A DNA stretch of 64,000 bases from Octopus vulgaris (GCA_951406725.2 OX597835.1:36146001-36210000); one strand, 5' to 3'; counted from the stretch's first letter, positions 27,530 to 42,114 are shown. Notes: a model not told the origin generated them from the letters alone. A program made the numbers and translations.

Positions 27530-28470
27530 CTACTAAAGGCACGAGGCCTGTAATTTAGTAGGAGGGGAGTAGCCGTTTATTTATCAACCCCGAAGCGATG
27601 AAAGGCAGAATCGACCTCGGTGGAATTTGAACTCAGAACATAGCGGCAGACGAAATACTGTTAAGCATTTCGCCCGGCGTGCTAACGGTTCTGCCAGCTC
27701 GCCGCCTTAATAACAATAATAATATTTTCTAATATAGGCACAAGGCTTGAAATTTTGTGGGAGGGGGGCAGTCGATTACATCGACCCCAGTACTCAACTG
27801 CTGCTTAATTTATTGACCCCGAAAGGATGGAGGATTAGTCATTTTTGGGTAATCCTACGAAGGTTGAGTTAACTGGAGCAACGTGAAATGAATTGCTTTA
27901 CCCAAGAATACAACACATCACCTGATGCAGGAATCGAAACCGCAATCTGACATTCACGAATCCTACACCGCTAACCACTAATCCACGTGCCTCCATTCAT
28001 TTCATAACGAATATCACTTATAGATGTTTCTATGATAGACACAACGCTTGAAATTGGTAGTGCGTTGGGAACGATTACATTGGTCCCAGTACTTGTCTGG
28101 TACTTATTTTATTGCCCCCTTCCCCTAAAGGAATGAAAGCCAAAGCCGACCTCGACGGAATTTGAACTCAGAAAGTTAAGACAGGCGAAATGCCACTAAC
28201 AAATTCATTTTGTCCGGCGTGCTAACGATTCTGCCAGCTCAACACCTTAGGAATAAAAATCGTTTCTACTAAAAGCACAAGGCCTGAAATTTTGAGGGAG
28301 GGGGTTAATCGATCACCTAGATTCCAGCACTCAACTAGAGGTTATTTTATAGACAGCGATATGATGAAAGGCAAAGTCCACCTCGACGCCATTTGAACTC
28401 AGAACGTAAAGACAGATGACATGCCGCTAAGCATTTCGCCCGGCGTGCTAACGATTCTGTTAGCTCGCCA
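27530..28470 (-). mobile_element. Cluster of four co-oriented SINE-A copies with one SINE-D fragment (~27865-27995)
   Basis: Repeated CACAAGGC.TGAAATT tail and GCGTGCTAACG.TTCTGCCAGCTC head. Confidence 0.8.
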
Positions 28471-28680
28471 ATCTTCAGTATATCGCTTCTGATATTGTGC
28501 AGGATGTTGTAATGTGGTTTGATGTAGTGCTGTATAGTTTGGTTGGTCGGTTGGCTTGTTGGTTGGTTGGTGTAGTATGGCATGATGTCTTGTATAATGT
28601 GCATCCTTGTGGTACGGTGTCGCCACGGTATGACGCAGTATGATGACGCTGTGTCATCCGTGAAGCATTGCAGCACATTT

Positions 28681-29002
28681 GGCACTCCGTCGGTTACGAC
28701 GCTGAGCGTTCCAGCTGATCCGATCAACGGAACATCCAGCTCTTGGAATTAACGTGTAAGTGGTTGAGCACTCCACAGACACACGTACCCTTAACGTAGT
28801 TCTCAGAGAGATTTAGCATGACACAGAGTGTGATAAGGCTGGCCCTTTGAATTGCAAGTACAACTCATTTTTGCCAGCTGTGTGGACTGGAAAAACATGA
28901 AATAAAGTGTTTTCCTCGAGGACACAACGCGCTGCTTGGACTCGAACTCACGACCTTAAGACCGTGAGCTGAATACCTTAACCACTTAACCACGCGCCTT
29001 CA
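28681..29002 (-). mobile_element. Full-length SINE-D
   Basis: Homology to 22220-22532. Confidence 0.85.
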
Positions 29003-29588
29003 CAGCAGCGCAGTATGATAAGGCGTGGAGTAGTGTCTCGTATGATGTGTTTAATTGTCCCATATAGCGGGATGGTATAGCAATGGTTTCATATAGTATT
29101 AACGCTAGGACGGTGTGCTGTCGTTTTGGACGCATTTTATAATGTGTATCACTTATAATACAGTACGGGGTGGTGTAGCAGCGTGGTGTGATCTGGTTTG
29201 GTGTGGTTAGGTGTAGTATAGGCGTCTTTGGTGTGGTGTTGCAGTTCGTGATGATGTAGTATTCAATTGTAATAGGACCAAACAGGTTTTAAGGATTGTC
29301 CACATTGAGAATAAGGATCTGTAAATTAAACGAGATCTGGGGCTTAAGACTCGAATTACAGTCGTGTATAAGGTTTCAACTGCAGACACAATCAAATAAG
29401 GAGGAGAAAAAAAATAAAGGAAAAGAAAAAGAATTATCTCCCCCTCACTTGATTTAATCGCATTTTATTTGATATATTGCTGGTTGTTTTTTCTTTATTT
29501 TTGCTCTCTTTATTAAAGTATATAAATGTATACACATATAGGATGTGCGTGTGTTGTGTATATATGAATGTGTTTGTGCGTTCATCTG

Positions 29589-29686
<98 letters not shown>

Positions 29687-30239
29687 ATATATATATATAT
29701 CATATACAGATGTTAAATATATATGTGTATATATGTATGCGTGTGTTTCTGTGTGCCTACATATATACATATACATACACACACTCACATGCAGACACAG
29801 AGGCATACACAACATACAGACTTCTCTAGTTAGTTTGCTTTTGGTTTTGTTTTGTTTTGTTTTTTGTTTTTTTCGTTTAATCGCAGACAAGTTATTCCAT
29901 AAATGAGAATACTTAAGACAAAAACGAAAGCAGAGAGCGTCTTATGAAGATGGCTAAGACTGTGTTTTCGACTTAAACACTTCGCAGTCGTATGTAGTTT
30001 GGTTTCAACCCCGCGGCAATCTAGCCAAATAATTATTCCACTTGAGGTATTAATAAAACACGTATCAGTTATTTATTTATTTATTTATTTATTTGCGTAC
30101 CCCCAGGTCTGCTCTGATCCAGCCACACCTTCTGCACTGAGGTAGTCAACCGTACAGTTAAAGTGCGGCTCACAATTTTTCTTTTCCCTTTTCTATCTTT
30201 ATTTATATATATTTTTTTTAGTGGGGGTGGTGATAATGA

Positions 30240-30320
30240 TCACTTATTTTCCGGCATATAAGTCGAATTTGTCAGCTCAAAATTTACAACCAAACTGGGT
30301 AGATCGACTTATATATGAAG
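30240..30320 (+). mobile_element. Possible pogo/Tigger-type terminal fragment
   Basis: TATTTTCCGGCATATAAGTCGA...TCGACTTATATATG subterminal palindrome. Confidence 0.3.
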
Positions 30321-30404
30321 TTGTTTTGTGGGGACTAGAACTTCCATGTGAAATGTAGCAGGGTTTGAAAAGATAGTGCGATGTCTGAATGTTAACGCTA
30401 CATC

Positions 30405-30630
30405 CAGTTGGCAGAAACGTTAGCACGCCGGGCGAAATGCGTTGCGGTATTTCGTCTGCCGTTACGTTCCGAGTTCAAATTCCGCCAAGGTCGACTTTGC
30501 CTTTCATCCTTTCGGGGTCGATTAAATAAGTAACAGTTACGCACTGGGGTCGATATAATCGACTTAATCCGTTTGTCTGTCCTTGTTTGTCCTCTCTGTG
30601 TTTAGCCCCTTGTGGGTAGTAAAGAAATAG
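30405..30630 (+). mobile_element. SINE-A, young
   Basis: Near-identical to 3794-4021. Confidence 0.9.
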
Positions 30631-30837
30631 TTATATATTCCGTTTGCAGTATATTATATTGGTTAGAAATTCTGGCACGTGACTAGCAATTTTGGAGAAA
30701 AGTTTAAGTCGATTACGTCAACCCTAGTAAACAACTGGTACTTATTTTATCGACCCCGAAAGGACAAACGTAAAGTTGACCTCGACCGAATTCGAACTCC
30801 GAATGTGAAGACACCGAGCATTGTATTGTATATATAC

Positions 30838-31424
30838 TTTTCTACACTAGGCACAAGGCCCGAAATTTGGGGGCAGGGGGCCAGTCGATTAGATCGGTCC
30901 AAGTACGCAACTGGAACTTAAGTTATCGACTCCGAAAGGATGAAAGGCAAAGACGACCTCGGCCGAAACTGACTGAACGCAGAACGTAAAGACAGACGAA
31001 ATACCTATTTCTTTATTACCCACGAGGGGCTAAACACAGAGAGGACAAACAAGGACAGACAAACGGATTAAGTCGATTATAGCGACCCTTGTGCGTAACA
31101 GGTACTTATTTAATCGACCCCGAAAAAGTTGAAAGGCAAAGTCCACCTCGGCCGAATCTGACTGAACGCAGAACGTAAAGACAGACGAAATACTTATTTC
31201 TTTATTACCCACGAGGGGCTAAACGCAGAGAGGACAAACAAGGACAGACAAACGGATTAAGTCGATTATAGCGACCACAGTACGTAACTGGTACTTATTT
31301 AATCGACCCCGAAAGGTTGAAAGGCAAAGTCGACCTCGGCGGAATTTGAACTCAGAACACGAAGACTGACGAAATACCGTTAAGCATGTCGTCCAGCGTG
31401 CTAACGTTTCTGCCAGCTCGCCGC
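30838..31424 (-). mobile_element. SINE-A trimer: one head plus two headless ~189-bp units, the last with the alternative tail
   Basis: Junctions GAAATAC(C/T)TATTTC at 30998-31011 and 31187-31200. Confidence 0.88.
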
Positions 31425-31891
31425 ATTTTACGTAGTTATACATTTATATATTCTCACTAAGCAAGTAACGAGTGCTAGTTTGTGTCGAGAGATCCAACAT
31501 CACAGATCTTGGCTATCATAACTTCAGTGATTAGATTGTTTACAAAACCGCTTTAAGTAAATATCTTCTCTTTCTATGCTTTGCGCGTTCTGAGTGCCTG
31601 TGATGTGTGTAAATGTGTATGTGTGTGTGTTTGTGAATGTGTGTATGTGTGTGTGCGTGCGCTTACTTTTATATGCATGCAAACGTTCGTACGCACACCA
31701 CCACACACATACTCGCATATACGGAGTTGATTATCCTAATTCAAAGATTAACGAGTCTAGTTATACAACAAAGAACTTAATCAATAAAAAATATAAATAC
31801 TCCATTATTTATATTTATTTATATTAATAGTTGTCCGCCATCAATGCTAACGTTTCGAAACCTTAGCCTCCTCATTCCCCGGAACACTGTG

Positions 31892-31940
<49 letters not shown>

Positions 31941-31969
31941 ATTTGTATGTATGTGTGTGTATATATATA

Positions 31970-32015
<46 letters not shown>

Positions 32016-32055
32016 GTATGTATATTTGTATGTATGTGTGTGTATATATATACTG

Positions 32056-32092
<37 letters not shown>

Positions 32093-32100
32093 TATGTATG

Positions 32101-32161
<61 letters not shown>

Positions 32162-32186
32162 ATATATATATATGTATATATATATG

Positions 32187-32251
<65 letters not shown>

Positions 32252-32289
32252 TTACATACATATTTATATACACACACATACATACATAC

Positions 32290-32470
32290 GAGGCCGCAAA
32301 TTTTAAAGGAGCGAGCGAGTCAATTGCATTGACCGTACAGCATAACTGGTACTTATTTTAATGGCCCTGATAGGTATGAATGAGGAAACGGAACTCTTGA
32401 ACGTGAAGACGGACAACACGCTATTACGCATGTTGTCCGACGCTCTAACGATTCTGCCAAACTGCTCCCT
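32290..32470 (-). mobile_element. Degraded SINE-A
   Basis: AACTGGTACTTATTTT...CTAACGATTCTGCCA. Confidence 0.6.
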
Positions 32471-32964
32471 TTAAATAACAACAACAACAATGAGGAGGAA
32501 GAGGAGGAGGAGGCGGGAGTGGAAGAGGGGAGAGGGGGATTCCTTTTGTTAAGGATTTCTTTAATAATGATAATAAATAGTTAAGTAGTTTTACTTCAAT
32601 AAATAAAGGACACACTGGAAAATCTCGTCGCTTTTATATCAAAAAACCCAGATCATATTAGATGAGTTTATGGTAAGATTTATCAAGATAGACCTGAAGC
32701 TAACAGTGACAATAACAACAACAACATCAAAGTAAATTGAGTACCTTTAATATTAAGTAGTCGTTTTAATTAAATATAGTTTCTTATATAGCTATAAAAC
32801 CAGGTAGTTAGTCGATTAATTCAATTGCAGATACTTGACTGTTATTTTGATTTATCGATCGCTGTAGATGAAAAGCAAGGTCAATCTTGGTTTTAGCTGA
32901 AAACAAAACGAAAAGGCCATCGATTTTGTCAAATTCTCTACCGGGCATGTCCCTCCACCAAACT

Positions 32965-33811
32965 TACCGAAGAAAATGAAAGAGAAAGAAGAAGAGGAGG
33001 AGGAATAGGAGCAAGAGGAAAAGCAGGAGGAAGAAGAAGGAGAGGAGGGGGAGGGGAGGGGAGGGGGGAGGGGAGGGGGAGGAGGAAGAAGGAGAGGGGG
33101 ATGGGGGAGGAAGAAGGAGAGGAGGAGGAGGAAGAGGAGGGAGAGGCAGAAGGAGAGGAGGAGGAAGAAGGAGAAGAGGAGGGAAAAGGAGAGGAGGAGG
33201 AGGAAGGAAAGAGAGGGGAAAAGCAGTAGCAGCAGGAGGAGCAGGGAGGGAGCAAGAAGCAGGAGAGGAGGAAGGAGGAGGAGTAGGTGGAGCAGGAGCA
33301 GGAGGAGGAGGAGCAGGAAGGAGAAGGAGGTGCAGGAGGAGAAGAAGAAGCAGGAGCAAAAGGAGGAGGGGCGGAGCAGGAGGAGCAAAAGGAGGACGAC
33401 CAGGATGAAGAAGAAAAAGGATGATACAGAAGAATGAAGGAAAGAGGAACAGAAAAATAAAAAGAGGAAAAAGAAAGAAGATGGAAGATGTTAAAAGAAG
33501 GAAAAGAAGAACAAGAAGAAAGTGAAAAGAGGGGAAAACAGAAGTAGGTGAAGAAAGAAAACGAAGGATGAACAAGTATAAGAGAAAGAAGTGAAAAAGT
33601 AATAAGAATAAGAAAATGAAGAAAATAAAAAAAAGAACGAAAAGTAAAAGAAAATGACGAAAGGATTATTAGGAGAAAATGGAAGAGAAGAAGAAGAAGA
33701 AGAAGAAGAAGAAGAAGAAGAAGAAGAAGAAAAAAGAAGAAGAAGAAGAAAAAAGAAGAAGAAGAAGAAGAAGAAGAAGAAGAAGAAGAAGAAGAAGAAG
33801 AAGAAGAAGAG
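32965..33811. repeat. Polypurine (GGA/GAA/G-run) low-complexity tract
   Basis: Direct reading. Confidence 0.92.
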
Positions 33812-34143
33812 ATTATTATAAGTCAAAACCAAATTGAAAAGATGGCAAAGTTAATTTTAATCATTTCAGACATCATTGTATCAACTGCATTCAACGATGT
33901 TAGTAACCAAAATGGCGATTTAGCGTTTTTATTAATATCCTTATCATTTTTTCTCTTCTTATACTGGTCGCACACTCATACACATAATCGTACACAACAC
34001 ACGCTCCCGCCTCAACACGCACACACACACACACACACAGACACAGACACGCACACACATACACGTAGAACTCAATACACACATGCTTCAGAACAAAAGC
34101 GCAATAAACGATTATCTTATGTACTTCATTAGCTTACACCTGT

Positions 34144-34192
<49 letters not shown>

Positions 34193-34499
34193 CATACATA
34201 TATATATACATATACATACACACGCACACACATATATATATATGTAGCGGTTTTCGTCGCAATGCGACTTTTCATGAATTGTAAGGTGAAAAGAAATTTT
34301 TTTTATAATTAAGGAGGGGAAAAAAGAAAATTACATTGTTTTTTGCAAAAAATAATAAACATATACAAAAATTAAAAAATACGTGTAAAGGTAACACACT
34401 TTAACAAGAGGATGTGTGTTCGACTCCTACGCTGATGGGAAAGCCTTCATTTTTCTGTCAAGGGCTTATATGCTCCTTTATTAGACTATTTTTCTTAGT

Positions 34500-34780
34500 C
34501 ATTGCACGGTGTTCGTCTCTAAGTACAGTTTTGTCTTCCAGGAGTTGGTCCTCTGCATTTACGCTTGCAACCATTCTGCTCACGTGGGTGGACTCCATTT
34601 TTTTTCAGAAGTCTGTACATTGACTCTGCGACTATTCCAGTCAATAATTTCCACATAAGTAGCAAGCAGGATATCGGCCTTTAATTGTCTACCGTATTGC
34701 CCTTTTCGGTGTTTTTCAAGCACTGCATTGTCTTACCCATTGTCAAACACTCTGGTGTTATTTGGCCGGCATTTAACAAA
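34500..34780 (-). pseudogene. Dong/R4-type non-LTR retrotransposon RT fragment
   Basis: [61 protein letters not shown]. Confidence 0.8.
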
Positions 34781-34804
34781 GTTGGGGGGATAAACACAGA
34801 CACA

Positions 34805-34878
<74 letters not shown>

Positions 34879-35160
34879 GAGGCGAAATGGCCCAGTGGTT
34901 AGGGCAGCGAACTCGCAGTCGTAGGATCGCGGTTTCGATTCCCAGACCGGGTGTTGTGAGTGTTTATTGAGCGAAAACACCTATAGCAGGGGTGGTGGTG
35001 ATCCCCGCTGTACTCTTTCGCCGCAACTTTCTCTCACTCATTCTTCTGTTGGCCTGTTCGCTTAGCCAGCGAGGTGGCGTCATTTGAAGGCTAAAACAAT
35101 GCGAAGCGCATTGTAACCAGCGATGTGTAGCAACATCTGATACCTGGTCGGTCACGTGAT

Positions 35161-35202
<42 letters not shown>

Positions 35203-35361
35203 GATGTGCTTTCAGTTTCCGTCTACCAAATTCACTCACAAGGCTTTGGTCAGCCTGAGGCTATAGTAGAAGACACTTGCCCAAGGTGCCACGCAGTGGG
35301 ACTGAACCCGGAACCATGTGGTTGACAAGCAAGCTACTTACCACACAGCCACTCCTACGCC
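34781..35361 (-). mobile_element. SINE-B (3' part missing) with a SINE-C nested in its internal microsatellite
   Basis: SINE-B sequence at 34781-34877 and 35168-35361 flanks a plus-strand SINE-C. Confidence 0.8.
34878..35167 (+). mobile_element. SINE-C (small internal deletion)
   Basis: Homology to 22561-22870. Confidence 0.88.
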
Positions 35362-35932
35362 TACCTTGGGAATTTATTTCTGAACTCTTAACTTATTCAC
35401 CTAAATTCATGTCACTGTTCCACTTGTGTTATTTCTCTTTATTTATTTAATATTTATTTATTTAATATTTATTCAGTTATACGAGTTGCTCTGAAGTTTG
35501 CAGGTTTGGCGTAGGAAGAGAGAGAGGGAAGAGAAAAGGGAAGATGAAGAGAAAGATGAGGAGGAGAGTGGGGGTTGGGTGGAGGTGGGGGAAATGAGAA
35601 ATCGGATCTGGTTTTGATTTAAAGACCTTTGTTAGTCGAACAGCGTTGTTGTTTATTGGTTAAGATATCGTGAATGGTTGTCTGGTAACGTATTAGAGAG
35701 AGGGGGAGAGAGAGGGAGAGAGAAGGAGGGAGAAAGAGAGAGTGTGTGAGAGAGAGAGAAAGAGAGACAGACAGAAAAACAGAAGAACAGAGACAGAAAC
35801 ACATAGACAGACAGATAGACAGAAAAACAAAGAGAAGGAGAGAGAGAAAAAGAGGGAGAGAGAGGGGAAACAGGGAGAGGCAGGAAGAGATGGCACGAAG
35901 AGCGAAAGAGAGGGAGAGTGAGAAAGAGAGGG

Positions 35933-36013
<81 letters not shown>

Positions 36014-36269
36014 CATTGCGATATATAAAGACAAAAGGAGACGGTGTTGAGACAAGAGAGAGATAGACAGACTGAGGTGAGAAACAGACAGAGGAAGAAA
36101 GACGGACCAGACAGACAAAATTACTACACTTAGGCCACCACGACTGCAAAGCCCACCACCACCAGCATTACAGACATCACTCCACCTCAATTATAACTGC
36201 AACTCCGACGCTAATACAATAACCCCCATACGAACAAACGAGCGAGCATACGCTTGATATCCTAAAACT

Positions 36270-36625
36270 TGAAGGCGCCTGGCTCAGTGGTTAGAGCGTC
36301 GGGCTCACAATCGTGAGGTCGAGTTCGATTCCTGAAGCCGGTTGTGCGTTGTGTTTTTGATTGAGACAGTTTATTTCACGTTTCCCTAGTTCACTCAGCT
36401 GTAGAAATGAGTTGCGTCCTCATTGGTGCCAAGCTGTATCGGAATTTGCCATTCTTTTGGATAACATCGGTGACGTGGAGCGGGGAAGACTGGTATACAT
36501 AGGCGACTGCTGGTCTTCCCTAAACAACCTTGCTCGGACTTGCGCGACACAGGAAAACTTTCTATGTGAAATCCTATGGTCATTCCTGACCAAAGGGGGT
36601 CTTTAGGCTGGCAGACAAATTCACT
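36270..36625 (+). mobile_element. SINE-D-headed element with a different tail
   Basis: GAAGGCGCCTGGCTCAGTGGTTAGAGCGTCGGGCTCACAATC..GAGTTCGATTCC; diverges from SINE-D after CACTCAGCTG. Confidence 0.75.
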
Positions 36626-36744
36626 CAGATTATACCTCAACACCTAATTAAAATCATGATGGACAATGCGAGAAGGGAAGATCATGGCTGGAACAATTTT
36701 GATTGTAATTCTGTTCGAACGATAAATTTGTACACCATCGGTGA

Positions 36745-36877
36745 AGATATGGTTTAGTGGTTAAAAAGCTTGCTTCGCAGCAACGTGGCTCGGAGTTCAA
36801 TCTCAGTGCATGGCACCTTGGGCAAGTATCTTCTACTTAAGCCCCGGGCCTTGTGAACCGATTTGGTAGACGGAAAC
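36745..36877 (+). mobile_element. SINE-B 5' half
   Basis: TGGCACCTTGGGCAAGT..GATTTGGTAGACGGAAAC. Confidence 0.7.
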
Positions 36878-36932
36878 ATATGTGTGTGTATGTGTTTGTG
36901 AGTGTATGTACGGGTGCGTGCCTTCGAGTTTG

Positions 36933-36975
<43 letters not shown>

Positions 36976-36989
36976 AGAGAGAGAGAAAG

Positions 36990-37026
<37 letters not shown>

Positions 37027-37501
37027 CATAGATAGATAGATAGATAGATAGACAGATAGATTCATACATATATACACATATGTTTATATATTTTTATATA
37101 CATAAGTACACACATACACACGTACATACATACACACACACACACACACACATACACACACACATACATACATACATACATACATACAAACATACATACA
37201 TACATACATACATACATACATACATACATACAGACAGACAGACAGATCAACAGACATACATGCAGACATACGTATATAAATATACGCTTATTTCAGCCTG
37301 GTATTGTAATTCTCTACTTTCTCATTCAAATCTATTCTCCAAATTCCAGATTCGCCCCATTCAAAAGTCACTTCTATCTTATTAGCAATTCGTGAACAAT
37401 GTTTAACTTAAGACTACACATTGTGTCTCATCGTGACACTTGAATAACCTGCTTTTCGCTTGGACACAAAGCGAAAGTGAAACCAAACACGAACGTACGT
37501 G

Positions 37502-37656
<155 letters not shown>

Positions 37657-37698
37657 ATTATCTTGGCTACTGAATAATTGTCACATATTATTTTACAG

Positions 37699-37800
<102 letters not shown>

Positions 37801-38186
37801 CGTGCATATGCGGGTCTATGAGTTTGCGCATATGTATTAAAACGCAGCGTTTCTTGAAAAGAGAGTGCGTAAGACCGTCTGGTTCTGTGCATTTTAGTGT
37901 TTCATTACAGCATGAAATATTTTGCTCAGAAAGCTTTGAAAATGTCTGAAAGTCCTTTGGAGCGTCACTCTTTTCTAATCCGCCACTATAATAGATTCCA
38001 TTTGCTTGTGACAATTAAAAATTTCCGAAGAATTCTCAAAGATCGTAATCGGTGGAGGAAGCAGGAATCCTTAGAAAAATGTTGTACCCATGAAGTTGCT
38101 ATGGAGGTAGTTTTTCCTATGTTCATATCATAATTACCCGATTATAGAATCCAATGTAAGGAATGTGTCTATATAAGTATGTGTGA

Positions 38187-38231
<45 letters not shown>

Positions 38232-38249
38232 GACATCTATACGTTTATA

Positions 38250-38305
<56 letters not shown>

Positions 38306-38593
38306 TCCACATAATTAAGTGCATACATATATTTACATATATATATCCACACATGCATGCATACATGAGTGTGTGTGCATAAATGTATATATATAGAGAG
38401 ATAGACAGTTATATACATATATATATATAAAAACTCTCTCTCTCTCTCTCTCACAATACACATGTATAGATACATATACACGCGCACACGCACTCATACA
38501 AATACATGTATATACGTTTATGTCCATATACTTCTTTGCGCAAACATATGCATATGCAGAGCTACACACATAAAGGTATATATTTATACATAC

Positions 38594-38645
<52 letters not shown>

Positions 38646-39090
38646 TTACATATACATCTGTGCATACAAAGCGCTGGATGAATACAAAGTCTTAAGCTTC
38701 GCTCTGTCATTGATTCCCAAAGAGAAAGTCGTCGGCCTTACCAAATCATCCTGCTTGCTACATCGAGGGAAAAGTACACGCATACTAAATTCACTTTCAT
38801 CACATTTCCGTCTTGTGTATGTGAGTGTTCGTGTGTCTGCATGCGTGTGTCTTGTTCACATGAGTGCGGACGCGCGCCAGTGTGTGTGTGTGTGGGGGGG
38901 GGGTGTATGCAGGTTTTTAACGTTTCTGCTCGGATATACAAGTTCAGCAAATCCAATTTTGAAGGTGACTGCCATATGTACACCGACAAAGAGACTGTTA
39001 TCTACCTATATATAGATTATGCATGTCTATAGTGAGCACATTTCCAAGTACGTACGCGAGTGTTTGAATGAATGTGTGCATATATATATA

Positions 39091-39126
<36 letters not shown>

Positions 39127-39183
39127 TATGAATGTATATACATATATACATATATATATACGAATGTATATATATGTATATTA

Positions 39184-39257
<74 letters not shown>

Positions 39258-39772
39258 TACACATGAATACATACATGCATGTATATATATGTGTGTGTGT
39301 ATGTGAATGTTTACATATACATACAGACATGTGTATGTACATTTACGTCCAAATGTATGGTGCGTTGTTTTGTTTTATGTGTGTGTGTATATATGTCTGC
39401 TGCGTATGCTGTGTGTCTATGAGACTGTTCTTTGTGTGCGTACGTGTTTGTGCTATGAAAGGTGTGTGGTGTGGTGGGTGTGATCGACTTTCCAGTAGTT
39501 GTCTCTGTTAATCTGGCCAGAATAATTACGAGACACATTTTACACTTTCGCTGTGACCGTTATTGTAAGTATGCAATTGAAGTCGCTAAGTCTCGTTAGA
39601 TGAACGGACGAAACCACGAATAGACGTGGACAGACGAAGCAGTCGAGAACGAGAAAGAGAGAGAGAGAGAGAGATGAAGACGGAGAGAGATAATGTGTGA
39701 GAGAGAACGGTGGAGAGACGATAAGAGATATATATAAACTATACAATAAATGAGAGAGAAAGATAGATAAAT

Positions 39773-39814
<42 letters not shown>

Positions 39815-39895
39815 GCTTGATTGGGAGACTAATCATCCGTCTATCTATTATCTACCATCTTTCAATTCTGACTCACTTTCCGACCCACCCCTTCC

Positions 39896-39991
<96 letters not shown>

Positions 39992-40061
39992 TCTCCATAT
40001 TATCTTTTATCCTACTCTCTTTCAATATGTATATTCAACAATATATCTATCTATTTCTCTA

Positions 40062-40120
<59 letters not shown>

Positions 40121-40202
40121 GCATGTATATACATACATATATATATATGCATATATATATATATATATATACAGGCATACATACATGTATATATATATAT
40201 AC

Positions 40203-40252
<50 letters not shown>

Positions 40253-42012
40253 ATATATATATATATATATATATACATATAAACATATATGCATAGATAT
40301 ACGCGAGTATCTATCTGGCGGGCTGCCTTTCTTTCTATCTGTCTATATATCGATCTATCTATCTGTCTGTCTGTTCCTCTGTCTATTTGTCTATTTATCG
40401 ATGTAACTATCAATCTAACCATCTTTCAATCTCTGCCTCTCCTTTTGCCTCCGTCCGTTTGTCTATCAGTCAAATTATTTATCTCTCTTTCTATATTTTC
40501 CTCTACCTATAAATCTCACGTCTCGTCTCATCTCCACCTCTTTTTCTCTCACCTCCTCACCTTTCGCTCTCATCTATCTCATTCTCTCATCGTCTCTCTT
40601 CTGTCTATATAAGTACCTATTTCCTTAATCTCTCTCTCTCTTTCTCTTTCTCTTTTTCTATTACCATCTCTTGTCTTGTCTTCTCTTCTCTTGACGACAC
40701 CAATTTCTTTATCCAGCCAACGAACGAGATTCATTCATTGGCGTTGAAGGATAACCTACAAATTCGCTAATTCCAGATGAAAAGTTGGCATGGCTGAAAT
40801 TTCGCGCATTCAGTTGAGAAGCACTTTTTGAAAAGGAGGCATTTGTTAAGCCTTCTTGCCAGTCTATTTGAAGTGTGCTAAATAACAAAATTAATTAACG
40901 AACCAACCACACAAACAAGATTTATACACCGTCGTTCAACTTTTACGATGACACGAACAACTTATAAATATATAGAACCCTACTTCTCCGTCTTCTTGTA
41001 TTTGTTGTTCTTGTTTTTCTTCCTTTAATTCATTTTCTTCCGCTGCTTCTTCTTCCTTTTCTTCTACACTTTCTTCTTCTGCTTTTATTACTTTATCTAC
41101 TTCTTCAATTTCTTCTTCTTCTGCTTCTTCTTCTTCTTCTTCATCTATTTCTTTTTGTCTACTTCTTCATTTTCTTACCTTCTCCTTCTTCTCTCTCTTT
41201 CCCCTTTTACCGTCTATCACTTTAAACACACAATCCGCCCCGTAGGGCAAAGAAAAAAGGCAAGAAATAGAGAGAAATGGGATATCTCTAAGTGGCTAAA
41301 TGAAGTGTGCGGATCTTCCCATTTCGTTTATGTGTGTATACGCGTGCGTAGATATATACGTATGAATATATGTATGTCTATGCATGTTTGTATGTTTGTA
41401 TCTTTGTATGTATGCATGTATATATGTATATATGTATATGTGTGGATGGATTCATGCATGCACGCATGCATTTCGTGTGCGCATGGATGTACATATGTGT
41501 GTGTGCATTATATATAGTTATATGGATTTATCTATATGTGTTTATATATATGTATGTATATACACACACATACACACACATAGACACACACACAAACACT
41601 TACGCAGATATACCTATGGTGCTTTTGTTAGCTATAGTGTTGATATCTATGTGGCGCGATGTAAAGAGGCACAAGCGGCACCAAAGCAAAATGAACATGA
41701 TGCAGGCGGCTTTTGCGGTAAGTTTGCGCCTCTCCACTCAGCGCCACCACCGTCGAATCAACACGAATTTTGTAATTACAAGTAACTTCTATCTTTCCTC
41801 GTAAAACAATATCTGATTCAGAAAGGTAACTCCCTACACGTAAGCACAAACACATGCTAAGCCCTTTCTTTATATATGTATATATAAATACAAACACACA
41901 TACATGCTTAAATATATATACACACATATCCACATATACATACATTCACACTGCTTAATATATATATATATAAATATACATATATATATATGTACATATA
42001 TATATACATATG

Positions 42013-42077
<65 letters not shown>

Positions 42078-42078
42078 A

Positions 42079-42114
<36 letters not shown>

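Noticed and set aside
37880-38133. Non-repetitive ORF-like stretch
   Set aside because: No convincing motif or splice signals; possibly a decayed TE, but I cannot assign it.
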